From: Verrucomicrobiia bacterium
GTDB taxonomy: Bacteria; Verrucomicrobiota; Verrucomicrobiia; Limisphaerales; UBA11358
Direction of reading: 5' to 3'
Length of the DNA: 53,447 nucleotides
Assembly: GCA_030038175.1 (NCBI GenBank)
Contig: JASHPN010000208.1
Location: 1-53,447 of the forward strand
Shown here: positions 37,396 to 46,452 of the stretch, piece by piece
Layout: the number at the start of each line of letters is the position of its first letter
Position numbering within the stretch: position 1 is the first letter of the stretch
Translations under genes and position numbers: made by a program
Notes under the pieces: model-generated
The model's database searches: none
The model's input: only the letters and a program-made list of their open reading frames with translations
What the model was told of the DNA's origin: nothing

Positions 37396-37613
37396 GACGG
37401 AAGGCAGCTTTCAGCCTCTATCACGGCTTCATCGATCATTTTCTTGAGATATTCTGCCTGCTCTTTCAACTCGCCGATGGTTCTGCATTCGGTTGAAAGC
37501 AAAATTAAACCACCTTCGTCAGGTTGATAAGTTCCACAGGCAATATAACCCTTTGGGGTGTTGAAAATGTTCTTCGGCTGACCTCCCTTAAATTTAAAAA
37601 ATATGCCTTTCAT
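37392..37613 (-). CDS. Hypothetical protein (73 aa)
   Basis: 4-bp overlaps with both neighbours, suggesting translational coupling. Confidence 0.6.
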   Translation of the reverse strand: MKGIFFKFKGGQPKNIFNTPKGYIACGTYQPDEGGLILLSTECRTIGELKEQAEYLKKMIDEAVIEAESCLPS

Positions 37614-37759
37614 TGTTTCCGCGCTTTCTTTTCCTTTTTTGGCGGTTTAGGCGTTCGGGCAAATGCCCTGATCACATCTTCAAACTTAATGCCGCTCAGA
37701 TTCGGCAGCATCGTTTCCGCCAGTTTCTTTTCCTGTTTCGATTTTTTTGTTTTTGCCAC
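37610..37759 (-). CDS. Small Lys-rich hypothetical protein (49 aa)
   Basis: GTG start after a 33-bp leader nearly identical to that of 36523; IKFEDVIRAFARTPKPPKK. Confidence 0.6.
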   Translation of the reverse strand: MAKTKKSKQEKKLAETMLPNLSGIKFEDVIRAFARTPKPPKKEKKARKQ

Positions 37760-37770
37760 GGATTCTCTTT

Positions 37771-37911
37771 CTACCCCACGGGATGCGCGAGGTTTTGGAT
37801 GTGCGGCCAAAGCAAAGATTCCAGAAGCTCGCGGGCCTTGTTATCGTCTGAATATTCTTGCGCCAGCGTTATCAGGTTTAACTCTTTTTTACCTTCTGTT
37901 GTCGTTTTCAT
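37771..37911 (-). pseudogene. IS1595 transposase N-terminal remnant
   Basis: LNLITLAQEYSDDNKARELLESLLWP matches the IS1595 N-terminus that precedes the Zn-ribbon; similarity ends there; no Zn-ribbon or DDE. Confidence 0.75.
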
Positions 37912-37917
37912 GCAATA

Positions 37918-37961
37918 AAAGTAGCACTTTAATACAAATATGTCAACAATAAATGTGCTAC
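37918..37961 (-). promoter_or_regulatory. sigma70 promoter of the transposase remnant with overlapping inverted repeat
   Basis: TTGACA-N17-TACTTT ending 6 nt before ATG; GTAGCAC (37921) / GTGCTAC (37955) inverted pair. Confidence 0.6.
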
Positions 37962-38013
37962 ATTTATACAATATTTTACGCCGGATTTCATTGCAATTTG
38001 CATTGTTGGTATT

Positions 38014-39165
38014 TCATTTTCCTGCACGCGCCGCCATAATTTGATACCCGACAAAAATCGTTAGTCTCTCATCAATCGTATCATATAAGCCTATGTATGA
38101 ATTTGTAGAAACCGTCTTATCACTGCCGGGCACTACGAGGTGGGTGTTAAATAGTCCGTTTGCATCTGGCCGCTCCTCAAAAAATCCATTCGCACATGAA
38201 ATCCTCAATGCCCTTTCATTCCAAAAATCAGGCGAAATCACCGAGATTTTAAAATCAACATTGGTTAGCGGTTCAAGCATGATTTCTGCAACATTTGTGT
38301 CTCCGATGCCTATGTCAACAGATTGCGGGACTGACTGATAATAGTTTGACGTTTTTGCGACATGATTGTTTATTTTGCTTCCTTCTTCGTTCAAAATGCG
38401 ATCCAGCGACTCAAGCGTGTATCGGAACGCGGCTAACCCCTTATTCCATTCTTTCTGCACAGCGACTTGTCTTTCCTCGTTTTGCTTATCTTGATTCTGC
38501 TTTTCCTCATTCCCATATTGCATCGCCGCCGATATCGCGTCATTCGTATTGGAAATAAATCCGTCAACCTCAAATTGCTGCGTTTGCGATTGTTGTGCTT
38601 CGTTTGTCGGGGTTATCGGGGCGGTTGGTGAGGGGATGATGGTTTCCGGCAACAATTGCGGTTTTTTCTCCAATGGGCGTGTGTTCTTTTGGGCTGACGC
38701 CAACAGGTTTAATTTCGCAAGCTTGGCAACTTGATAATTTTGGGCCATTAAAAGATAAATAAAAGCCGTGATGAAAAGGACAATAAGTCCAATCGGAAAC
38801 AAAAGCGTGTATTTGCTTTTTTTGATAAGTATTTGCGCCCCGCCATTCATCGCGGTTATATCGTTTTTATGAATTCGGTGAGGCATGGATATGGCTGCCC
38901 AGATAAACCACACAAGCCACGCAAAAAAAGGGACGGCGATGGTCCAATAAATGATATAATCGCCCCATTCTTGAGTGATCCAATGGGCGAGAAAGGCGGT
39001 GGCAACAGCTCCAGCAAGAATTGCACAGACCGTTCCGACATGCTCAAAAGGTTCGGCAGACTTCTTGAAGCATTCCCCGACAATTCGCCACCAGAATTTA
39101 TGGAGAGGCAAAACCGCAACCTTTTTGCGAGGTCTTTCCGAAGAGCTTTCAGCCATAATCGCCAA
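38014..39165 (-). CDS. Hypothetical membrane protein, IS passenger (383 aa)
   Basis: Three N-terminal TM segments, P/T/Q-rich linker, soluble C-terminal domain; visibly more AT-rich than flanks. Confidence 0.75.
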   Translation of the reverse strand: MAIMAESSSERPRKKVAVLPLHKFWWRIVGECFKKSAEPFEHVGTVCAILAGAVATAFLAHWITQEWGDYIIYWTIAVPFFAWLVWFIWAAISMPHRIHKNDITAMNGGAQILIKKSKYTLLFPIGLIVLFITAFIYLLMAQNYQVAKLAKLNLLASAQKNTRPLEKKPQLLPETIIPSPTAPITPTNEAQQSQTQQFEVDGFISNTNDAISAAMQYGNEEKQNQDKQNEERQVAVQKEWNKGLAAFRYTLESLDRILNEEGSKINNHVAKTSNYYQSVPQSVDIGIGDTNVAEIMLEPLTNVDFKISVISPDFWNERALRISCANGFFEERPDANGLFNTHLVVPGSDKTVSTNSYIGLYDTIDERLTIFVGYQIMAARAGK

Positions 39166-39444
39166 TCATCCGCCAACGCCAAAACCGCGTCCAGCGCAAT
39201 TTTTGTAGCACGTCTATTGGTGTCTTTGAGGGGTTTCAGCCTCCCAAAACCATTGATTTTAAAGGGAATTGGCATGGGTCTGTGAACGGTATAGTCCCGC
39301 GCTCCTTTGTACCCACTATTGGTGACATGCGGGAAATGGGGGGTCTGGTACATTCTTAGCATTGTTGATACGGAAGTGTCGGTGGTTTGTGTGTTACCCC
39401 GCACTGAAAGGTTTGCAGTAGCGCATGAGCGCTTAGTTCTCATT

Positions 39445-39481
39445 GGGAGCCGGAGTAGTGCCCGGCTCCCATTTTTTATTT
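39445..39481 (+). terminator. Rho-independent terminator
   Basis: 9-bp stem GGGAGCCGG/CCGGCTCCC, 8-nt loop, followed by ATTTTTTATTT. Confidence 0.75.
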
Positions 39482-40094
39482 ACCCGGTTGGTTTTGGCCT
39501 CACGCGAAGATGCAAAGGACCAAAAGGGTTTCAAGAAACTTCTGAGAATGGCCACGGGGACACGGAGAAAATTGCGTGAATGGAAGAGGGCATTCTATGA
39601 ACCGGAGGGGGTTTCGAATTTCCCTCACATCAGATTCGCGCTGACGCGCGGCTCCGCAATCAGCGGCAGAATTTTAGGTTGTTTTTACCCAGGGCGGCGC
39701 GCTCGCGGACTCGCGCTCTGCCCTGGGCTATTATATGCCACCCCTACAGGGTTTTCATTCAGAGCCTCGCGGACTCGGCTGAGCATTAGCTCGCCCTCAC
39801 CGGTATCCTCTCCCCCAGGAGAGGATTTCACGCCGTCCGATAGTTGGTAACGACAATGTCTATTTTTGGAGGCCGGGTGAATCGGAGGGGATTATTTGAA
39901 TTGTCCGCAAACAAGATGCGCGCTTCGCGCGTCCCGCAAGGCGGGAAATCAGCGGCAGCTTTTTTAGGATTCGTCACCCGGGGTGGCACTTCCGCCCCCG
40001 CTCGGCTACGGCGCGACGGGCGAAGACTCGCTTACACCGGGCTACTTTCCTGTGCCCCTCCGAGGCACTCAGCTAGCGGACGCGCCGGATGATC

Positions 40095-42317
40095 TTATTC
40101 AAATGATTCGGGATTCACGGACATCGAGGAGGGAGGGAAAGCGGAGGGATCGGAGCCGAGAGATGTATTGGGGGTGTTGCCCATTTGGAGTTTCAGGGTT
40201 GCGCCGTTGACGAGGTCGGCGTGCCGGAACCAGACCTGGTTGAGCGGCTTGCCGTTCAGTCGAATGCTCTGAATGTATTTGTTGTCCGCCGAATTGTCGC
40301 GGCAAACGATGGTAAAGGTTTTGCCGTTGTGCAGATGAATTTTGACGCGATCGAAAACGGGGCTGCACATGCTGTAAACCGGAACGCCGGGAGTCACGGG
40401 ATAGAAACCCATCATCGAAAAGACCACGAACGCGCTCATGGCGCCGCCGTCCTCGTCTCCGGGCATGCCCATGGAGGTGTCGGTAAACCAGGTAGCGAGC
40501 AACATGCGGACGCGCTTTTGGGTTTTCCACGGCGCACCCAAATAATCGTAAAGGAAGGGGATGTGCAGGCTTGGCTCGTTGCCCATTGAAAATTCGCCGA
40601 CCATTCCCGTCGAGTCGGGGAACTTGTAAAAGTATTCATACTTGCTTCGGCCCAGGTCACGGCGGAAAAGTTCGTCCAGTTTGGCTTCCGCGGCGGCGCG
40701 TCCGCCCATGAGCTGAAACAATCCCTGCAGGTCGTGTTGAACGTCCCAGTCATAGGTGTAATCGTTGTTTTCCGTGGTGTAATCGCGCCCGCCCTGGCCG
40801 CCGGACCATCCGGGATCAAACGGTTCGATCCACTTTCCCTGGGCGTCTTTGGGCCACATGTGGCCTTTGTCCGGACGGAAGACGTTTGTGTAATCCGCGG
40901 CGCGTTTCATAAACAATCCGAAGTCTGCCTGGTCGCCGAGGTCGCGCGCGATCTGGGCGGTGCACCAATCATCATAACTTTGCGCCAGGGTCACCGAAAT
41001 CGCCTGCCGCCGTTCAAACGGATGCACCCGGGCGACGGTTTCAGTTTCACCGGGATGAAGCGCGGGCATGTAGCCGTGTTCATCCAGAAAATCGTCGAGG
41101 GAACATTTCGGCCCGCGCCGCCAGGGCAGCCAGGTTCCTTGCAGGGAATTTTTGCGCATTCCCTTATAGGCGGTGGCCAGATCGAAATTGGTGACGCCTT
41201 TGCTCCAGACATCGGCGACCCACGGCGCAAACGGGTTTCCGGTCATGCACGCGTTATTGCCCCACAGCTCGACGAATTCCGGCATCCAGCCGGACTGCTT
41301 ATACATGCGGACATAGGATTGGACCTGGTCGGCCTCCATGTCCGGATTGAGAATCGTTTGGAGCGGTTGCAGCGCCCGATACATGTCCCAGAGCCAGGCA
41401 TCCACGTAAAAAGGCCGGCGGTCCCGATGCACCTGGCGATCGAACGCGCTGTAGTACTGGCCATCCTCGCTGATATTCACCATGCGCTCGTAACAACGAT
41501 AGAGCGCCGTATAGAAAACCTTTTTTTGGTCAAGCGTCCCGCCCTCGACCTGGATTTGGCCCAGGGCATCATTCCAGCGGTCGCGGGCGATGCGCCGGAT
41601 ACCCTCGAAGTTCCAGGCGGGAATTTCCTCCTCCAGATTTTTCTTCGCCTGCTCGATGCTGATAAAGGAAACGCCATAGCGAAACTCCAGTTCCTTTTGG
41701 TTTTGCGCGGAAATCGTCAAACGCCTTCCGCCATCGCATTTTTCAACGAGCGCTTGAACGGGAGCGCTGAACTCGCCGTAAAAATACGCGTGCATGGTCC
41801 CAGGAGTCAGCTCGCTTGGGCTGACAATGTTTTCGACGCCGGAAACGCAGTTGTTGCCGTTGGTGAACAGGCCGCCGCCCTGGCGATTGGCGAGCAGCAC
41901 GATGGCGTTGCCGGAGGGAAAGGTGAAACGATAATAACCGCAGCGGGCCGTGGGCGTGAACTCGATGCGAATCCGCGAATCCTGAAGCACCGCCGAATAG
42001 TAATACGGGGTTTCAATTTCCTGGTCATAGGCCGCGGGACGGTCCCACGGGTCGGGCAAGCCGTCGCCGGGCATGAGCCAAAAAAGCTCCGCTTGCCGGT
42101 GCGAAATGATGGTCAGGGGAAAGGAGTCTATTTGATCGTCCAATTGGTCGGCTCTGACGGGATAGACCCGCACCATGCTGTTGGGCAGAGACACAGTCGG
42201 GCGCGTCGGCGCCAGGAGAATGCCCTGGCCGCCGATGGTTGGGTCCACGTATTGGACCTGCGCGTGAATGGCCAGGCCCAAATTGAGAATGAAAGCCAAA
42301 AATAAAACCCGTTTCAT
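40095..42317 (-). CDS. GH92 alpha-mannosidase
   Basis: Signal peptide; YVDPTIG, TENND, MGNEPSLHIPFLY, PGDEDGGAMSAF, MGFYPVTPG. Confidence 0.93.
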   Translation of the reverse strand: MKRVLFLAFILNLGLAIHAQVQYVDPTIGGQGILLAPTRPTVSLPNSMVRVYPVRADQLDDQIDSFPLTIISHRQAELFWLMPGDGLPDPWDRPAAYDQEIETPYYYSAVLQDSRIRIEFTPTARCGYYRFTFPSGNAIVLLANRQGGGLFTNGNNCVSGVENIVSPSELTPGTMHAYFYGEFSAPVQALVEKCDGGRRLTISAQNQKELEFRYGVSFISIEQAKKNLEEEIPAWNFEGIRRIARDRWNDALGQIQVEGGTLDQKKVFYTALYRCYERMVNISEDGQYYSAFDRQVHRDRRPFYVDAWLWDMYRALQPLQTILNPDMEADQVQSYVRMYKQSGWMPEFVELWGNNACMTGNPFAPWVADVWSKGVTNFDLATAYKGMRKNSLQGTWLPWRRGPKCSLDDFLDEHGYMPALHPGETETVARVHPFERRQAISVTLAQSYDDWCTAQIARDLGDQADFGLFMKRAADYTNVFRPDKGHMWPKDAQGKWIEPFDPGWSGGQGGRDYTTENNDYTYDWDVQHDLQGLFQLMGGRAAAEAKLDELFRRDLGRSKYEYFYKFPDSTGMVGEFSMGNEPSLHIPFLYDYLGAPWKTQKRVRMLLATWFTDTSMGMPGDEDGGAMSAFVVFSMMGFYPVTPGVPVYSMCSPVFDRVKIHLHNGKTFTIVCRDNSADNKYIQSIRLNGKPLNQVWFRHADLVNGATLKLQMGNTPNTSLGSDPSAFPPSSMSVNPESFE

Positions 42318-43044
42318 ATAAAAAAGCAGAAGACATTGTTCCCAAAACTCGCGAGGAGATTATGCGGGAATTATTAAAGGGGGAAAAGTGCGGATTTAGT
42401 TGGTAGTCAACCGCCTTCGCGCAACGCTTGGGCGCGATAGGGTAGTCGGTAGCGGGATCTCCCTTTACATGAACTGGTCGGAGCGCGACCCCGCAGAGGC
42501 GGGGTCGCTTCACCTTGCGAAAGCCAATGCGTTAGTTGTGTCCGCACATCTCACGACGTTGTGCATTGAAGCGACCTAAAGGTCGCGCTCCGATAGCGTC
42601 ATCCGATAGTTTGGAATGGCGAGGGCGAATTCTCCACCCTCCATCCTCTATCTTCGCCCAAGATTCGGCGTTCGATGCCTGCCCGCCGTAGTCCCGCGCC
42701 GCGTATAGGCGTCAACCTAAGAGTTAACTGGAATGAATGGATTTTTGTTTCGAAAAGGCCGCAAATCGGACGCGCGCTATCGCGCGGTCCCGCAAAGCGG
42801 GAAATTAGCGGCTGGATATATGTTTGGCCGGTACCGGGGGTGGCGCTCGCGGACTCGCTTACCCCCGGCTAATATCTTGTGCCCCTCCAGGGCACTCGGT
42901 TAGCGGGTGCGCCGGATGAATCATAGGTTCGGCGTTCGATGCCTGCCCGCCGTAGTCCCGCACTGCGGGACGAAGGAGAGTTCGATCTTTAACATCGTCA
43001 ATCCTCCACCTTCCACCTTCCATCCTCCATCTTCGTTTCCAAAA

Positions 43045-44469
43045 TCACTCCGCCCCGGGCCAGACCCAATCGCCGGTGGCAAGGCCGGCGTTGCCGGCGG
43101 TATTGGATCCCTCCGGCCGGCCGCCGTCATCCCGTTCGTTCCAGCCGACGGAATACAGAAGAAATTTTCCATCGCCCGTGCGGCGATAGTGCAATGGCTG
43201 TCCGTTGATGATGTCATGCGGAATAGACTGGAGATAACCGGGCGCGAGCGCGTCGAGGGAATCGGGATAGTCGCCATTGGCCAGGCGGCAACGTTCCAGC
43301 GCGCAGGCGATCTCGTCCTCGCTTGCCCGGGTTTGATTATAAGCCGTCCGTTGCCAGGCGCGGGTAAAATTGGGCTCGACTTGTGCGATGATGAAAATAT
43401 ACGCACGAGGAGTGTGCGAAAGCACGGCATGGGTTTCGTGGGAGATCTTTTCGCAACTGGCGGGTTGGATCAGGTTGTTTTGAGCATCAAAGACGTTGCG
43501 GTATTCGGAGACGAATGTGTCCGCAATGGCCAGATTTCGATAGACCCATCCCCTGGGCGCCAGGGCGTACTCCTCCTCTTTGAGTTTGAGCCACCAGGTC
43601 ACATTATTCCCTACGATGAGGGCTTCGAGTTTGGGCAGCGGCATGGTTTCGAGCGTCCGTCGGTTGGAAGCGGCTTCGCACTGAAACGCCAGGGCAACGA
43701 AGGGCGGCAAATTAATTTGCCCAAGCTGTTCCTGGAGCGTTGCCAGTTGCGGCTCCTGCCATTGGTGGTTTTGAATGCCCCGGCCGACGGTTTCCGCGTA
43801 AAGGCCGGCGACGGCCACGTTGATCATCGCATCTACCAGGGTCATGGGTCTGCCGGTCGGCTCACGCTCGGTGATGCGGCGCATATCATTGAGCAGGGTC
43901 ACTTCAGCCAGGGCCTTCTCCGGCTGGTCGAGCTGCAGGTAAGATTCTGTGCGCCGGGCGAGCACCTGGGCCATGTCCCGCAGATCCACGAAATTCGGCA
44001 TGGGGATAGAAACGGGTTCGGAATAATCGCCATCCTCCCGCTCGCAGGGGCGTTTGAGCGCGTCCCGGATCAAATCGAAGTCCGGCTGAAGCGGGTCGCT
44101 CCACGCCAAAAATTTTGCGGCCGCCGCTTGATTGCTAATCACGATGCCCCGATCGGCATTGGTGACCAGAAAGGAAAGTTCGTTCGTAAAAGGCGCGGCA
44201 AAATCCAGATGATCTTTTTGAAACCATTCCGCCATCTTCGGCGCTTTGAAAAAGTTTTGGTCATCCGGGACCCGCGGCGGAGTATATTGGTCCCAATCCA
44301 GGACCATGCCCTGCGCTTCGAGTTGCTGTTTGCGATGTTCCCAGACCTGTTTGCCGCGCCAATCTTCTTCCGTGTAGAAGATGGCAATGAGCGTGGCGAA
44401 AACGGCCAGCGCAATCAAAAGGCGGCGGGCGAAGCGCCAGTTGGGTTTGGGATTGGAGGGGGCGGTCAT
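43045..44469 (-). CDS. Membrane-anchored hypothetical protein with GspG-like C-terminal motif
   Basis: N-terminal TM; C-terminal ALERCRLANGDYPDSLDAL...LYSVGWNERDDGG...DWVW. Confidence 0.8.
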   Translation of the reverse strand: MTAPSNPKPNWRFARRLLIALAVFATLIAIFYTEEDWRGKQVWEHRKQQLEAQGMVLDWDQYTPPRVPDDQNFFKAPKMAEWFQKDHLDFAAPFTNELSFLVTNADRGIVISNQAAAAKFLAWSDPLQPDFDLIRDALKRPCEREDGDYSEPVSIPMPNFVDLRDMAQVLARRTESYLQLDQPEKALAEVTLLNDMRRITEREPTGRPMTLVDAMINVAVAGLYAETVGRGIQNHQWQEPQLATLQEQLGQINLPPFVALAFQCEAASNRRTLETMPLPKLEALIVGNNVTWWLKLKEEEYALAPRGWVYRNLAIADTFVSEYRNVFDAQNNLIQPASCEKISHETHAVLSHTPRAYIFIIAQVEPNFTRAWQRTAYNQTRASEDEIACALERCRLANGDYPDSLDALAPGYLQSIPHDIINGQPLHYRRTGDGKFLLYSVGWNERDDGGRPEGSNTAGNAGLATGDWVWPGAE

Positions 44470-44490
44470 AAATAGTGGCAACTTGTCAAT

Positions 44491-44584
44491 CGCGCTGAAG
44501 GCGCAAAGCCATAGTAGCCGAGGGCAACGCCCTCGGAATCACCGCAGTTGAATTTCTGCGCCCTGTAAGGGCGCTCCAAAACGG
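44491..44584. repeat. 94-bp repeat (family E); inverted copy at 46187..46280
   Basis: Manual alignment gives 9 mismatches in 94 nt. Confidence 0.85.
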
Positions 44585-44866
44585 GGTTAGTCAATATGGC
44601 GGGTTTTTGGATTGCCCTCCCATGAACCAGGAGCGGTTTGTACATTTGGCCACATGTCAGATGCGCGCTATCGCGCGGCTTCGCAATTAGCGGCTGAATG
44701 TTGGGCGTCACACACCCAGGGCGGCGCGCTCCCGGAGTCGCGCTCTGCCCTGGGCTGTCATATTGTGCCCTTTCAGGGCGATCAGTCAGCGGCTGCGCCG
44801 GATGTGTTCGGTGATTCATTTGGAAATCGCGAAAGTTTTTTAATTAGAGACTCCTCACGTCGTCTC

Positions 44867-45304
44867 CTACGCAGTTTCAATTTCCAGGCGGCGTTCGCTG
44901 GTTGGGCGGGGTTGGATGGGTTTGGCGGGTTCGGCGGGGGGCGGGTCGTTCGGCCCGATTAATTCGGTCAACATCTGTTCCTGCTGGTGAAAGGCCAAAA
45001 TCGTTTGCGGTAACGGCGGTGCCACGGCCAATTGCGGTTGCGAATGGTCGCGCATTGAGAAATTCGCGGCAAAAAGCAAAAGCCAAACCGCCGCCAGACT
45101 CGCCCAAACGCGGCGGGACGGCCAGATGAGTTCCAGCCACAGATTGCGTGAACGAGCAGGGAACGAAGAAACAAAGGCCGCAAAGAAACTTTGTTTCTTG
45201 GTTACTTCGTGGTTTAACTCGGCAATAATTTTGCGGCGGATGGCGTCGAGTTTTGGCGCAGCGGATTGGTGGCGGGCCAGTAACAGTTCACGCGGCGTTT
45301 TCAT
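44867..45304 (-). CDS. Putative single-TM anti-sigma factor
   Basis: Overlaps the 3' end of the ECF gene; one TM (WASLAAVWLLLFAANF); Pro-rich tail. Confidence 0.65.
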   Translation of the reverse strand: MKTPRELLLARHQSAAPKLDAIRRKIIAELNHEVTKKQSFFAAFVSSFPARSRNLWLELIWPSRRVWASLAAVWLLLFAANFSMRDHSQPQLAVAPPLPQTILAFHQQEQMLTELIGPNDPPPAEPAKPIQPRPTSERRLEIETA

Positions 45305-45857
45305 TTTTAGCCTCCCACAGTTTTCGCAATGATTTTTTGGCGTAGTGCAGACGGGATTTCACGGTGCCGATTTGCGTTTCGGTCACGCGCGCAATTTCGT
45401 CCAGTGAAAACTCCTCGATGAAATGGAGCAGCAGAACGGAACGCTGGGCCGGGGGCAATTGGGCGAGGAGACTCATAAATTCGGCCTCCTGTTCGCGACG
45501 GACGAGGACATCGCCGGGGTCATCCTGGGAATCATCGGGAGCGTCGGGGATTTCGTCGAGCAAGAGTTCCTTGCCGCCTTTTTTTCGGAAAGCCTGAAGG
45601 CATTTCTGGTGGGCGATGCCGAAGAGCCAGCTCCCGAATTTTTCATCCTCGCGCAGGCCGCCGATATGGCGGGCGGCGGCGATAAAGGTTTCCTGCACGA
45701 GATCGAGGCTCGTTTGCTCGTGGCGGACCAGTTCAAAAACATAGACGTAAAGCGGCAGTTGATAGCGGCCAATGAGCGTGTCCCAGGCCGCGGCATCGCC
45801 GGCGCGGGCCTGTGAGACGGGCAATTGTTCGCTTTCAGCCATGGCCGGCATTTTCAT
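45288..45857 (-). CDS. ECF sigma-70 factor (RpoE-like, no extension)
   Basis: DLVQETFIAA, FGSWLFGIAH, QRSVLLLHFIEEFSLDEIA...GTVKSRLHYAK. Confidence 0.93.
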   Translation of the reverse strand: MKMPAMAESEQLPVSQARAGDAAAWDTLIGRYQLPLYVYVFELVRHEQTSLDLVQETFIAAARHIGGLREDEKFGSWLFGIAHQKCLQAFRKKGGKELLLDEIPDAPDDSQDDPGDVLVRREQEAEFMSLLAQLPPAQRSVLLLHFIEEFSLDEIARVTETQIGTVKSRLHYAKKSLRKLWEAKNENAA

Positions 45858-45906
45858 AGAGAGGAATGCGCGAAGCGAGAAAAGGTTCAATGGGCGGGCG
45901 GGAATT

Positions 45907-45938
45907 TAGACAGGATGAACCTGCCTTCGCTCCCGCCG
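45907..45938 (+). repeat. 32-bp direct repeat, second copy at 47564..47595
   Basis: TAGACAGGATGAACCTGCCT(T/G)CGCTCCCGCCG, one mismatch. Confidence 0.8.
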
Positions 45939-46452
45939 TCGTTGCACTATGGCGCGGCAAGCAGAGCTACGGCACGGCAGGCAGGATTTACAGGATAATG
46001 ACGTTAAGTTAACGATCGTCCATTCCATTGTTCCTGGCCAAAGGCCTGAACCATCGTAGCCGAGGGCAACGCCCTCGGAGTGCGTCAATGAAAATATCTT
46101 GCCCTGCCGCCGTCGCGCCGAAGCGGCGCGATGGCGCGCCGCGAAGGCGGAAGGGGGCAACTCAAAATCCAGCGTTCCTACCAACGCCGTTTTGGAGCGC
46201 CCTTACAGGGCGCAGGGGCCAAACTGCGGTGGTTCCGAGGGCGTTGCCCTCGGCTACTATGGCTTTGCGTTTTCAGCGCGTTCCATTGGATTTCAAAGAC
46301 GCCCAATCCTGGCAATGAAAAGCCTGGACTTCGCAATGCCATATTCCGCCCGCGATACGGGCGGTGACGGCGCAGCGCGCCATCCCTACCATGTATTCTT
46401 GCTAAAGCTTTTGCCCTTTTACGTTTTTAACTTTAAAATTGGAGCTGTGAGA

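Larger units (their letters stand above)
37134..39299 (-). mobile_element. IS1595-family element with internally deleted transposase and passenger genes (2166 bp)
   Basis: 24-bp IRs at 37134-37157 and 39276-39299 (20/24 match); 8-bp TSD CGCTCCTT at 37126-37133 and 39300-39307; IS1595-type N-terminal remnant inside. Confidence 0.85.

Noticed and set aside
39330-39440. c-di-GMP-I riboswitch on the minus strand (GCAAACC...ACACAAAC)
   Set aside because: No GNRA tetraloop/receptor or convincing P2 stem; kept only as a generic sRNA candidate.
40734-44475. 523-aa and 522-aa plus-strand ORFs
   Set aside because: Antisense shadows of GH92 and of 43045..44469.
45857-45890. Promoter of the fourth ECF as driver of the twin small genes
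   Set aside because: It has GAACCT but no CGTC at the 16-nt spacing, so the cognate sigma cannot be assigned from sequence.
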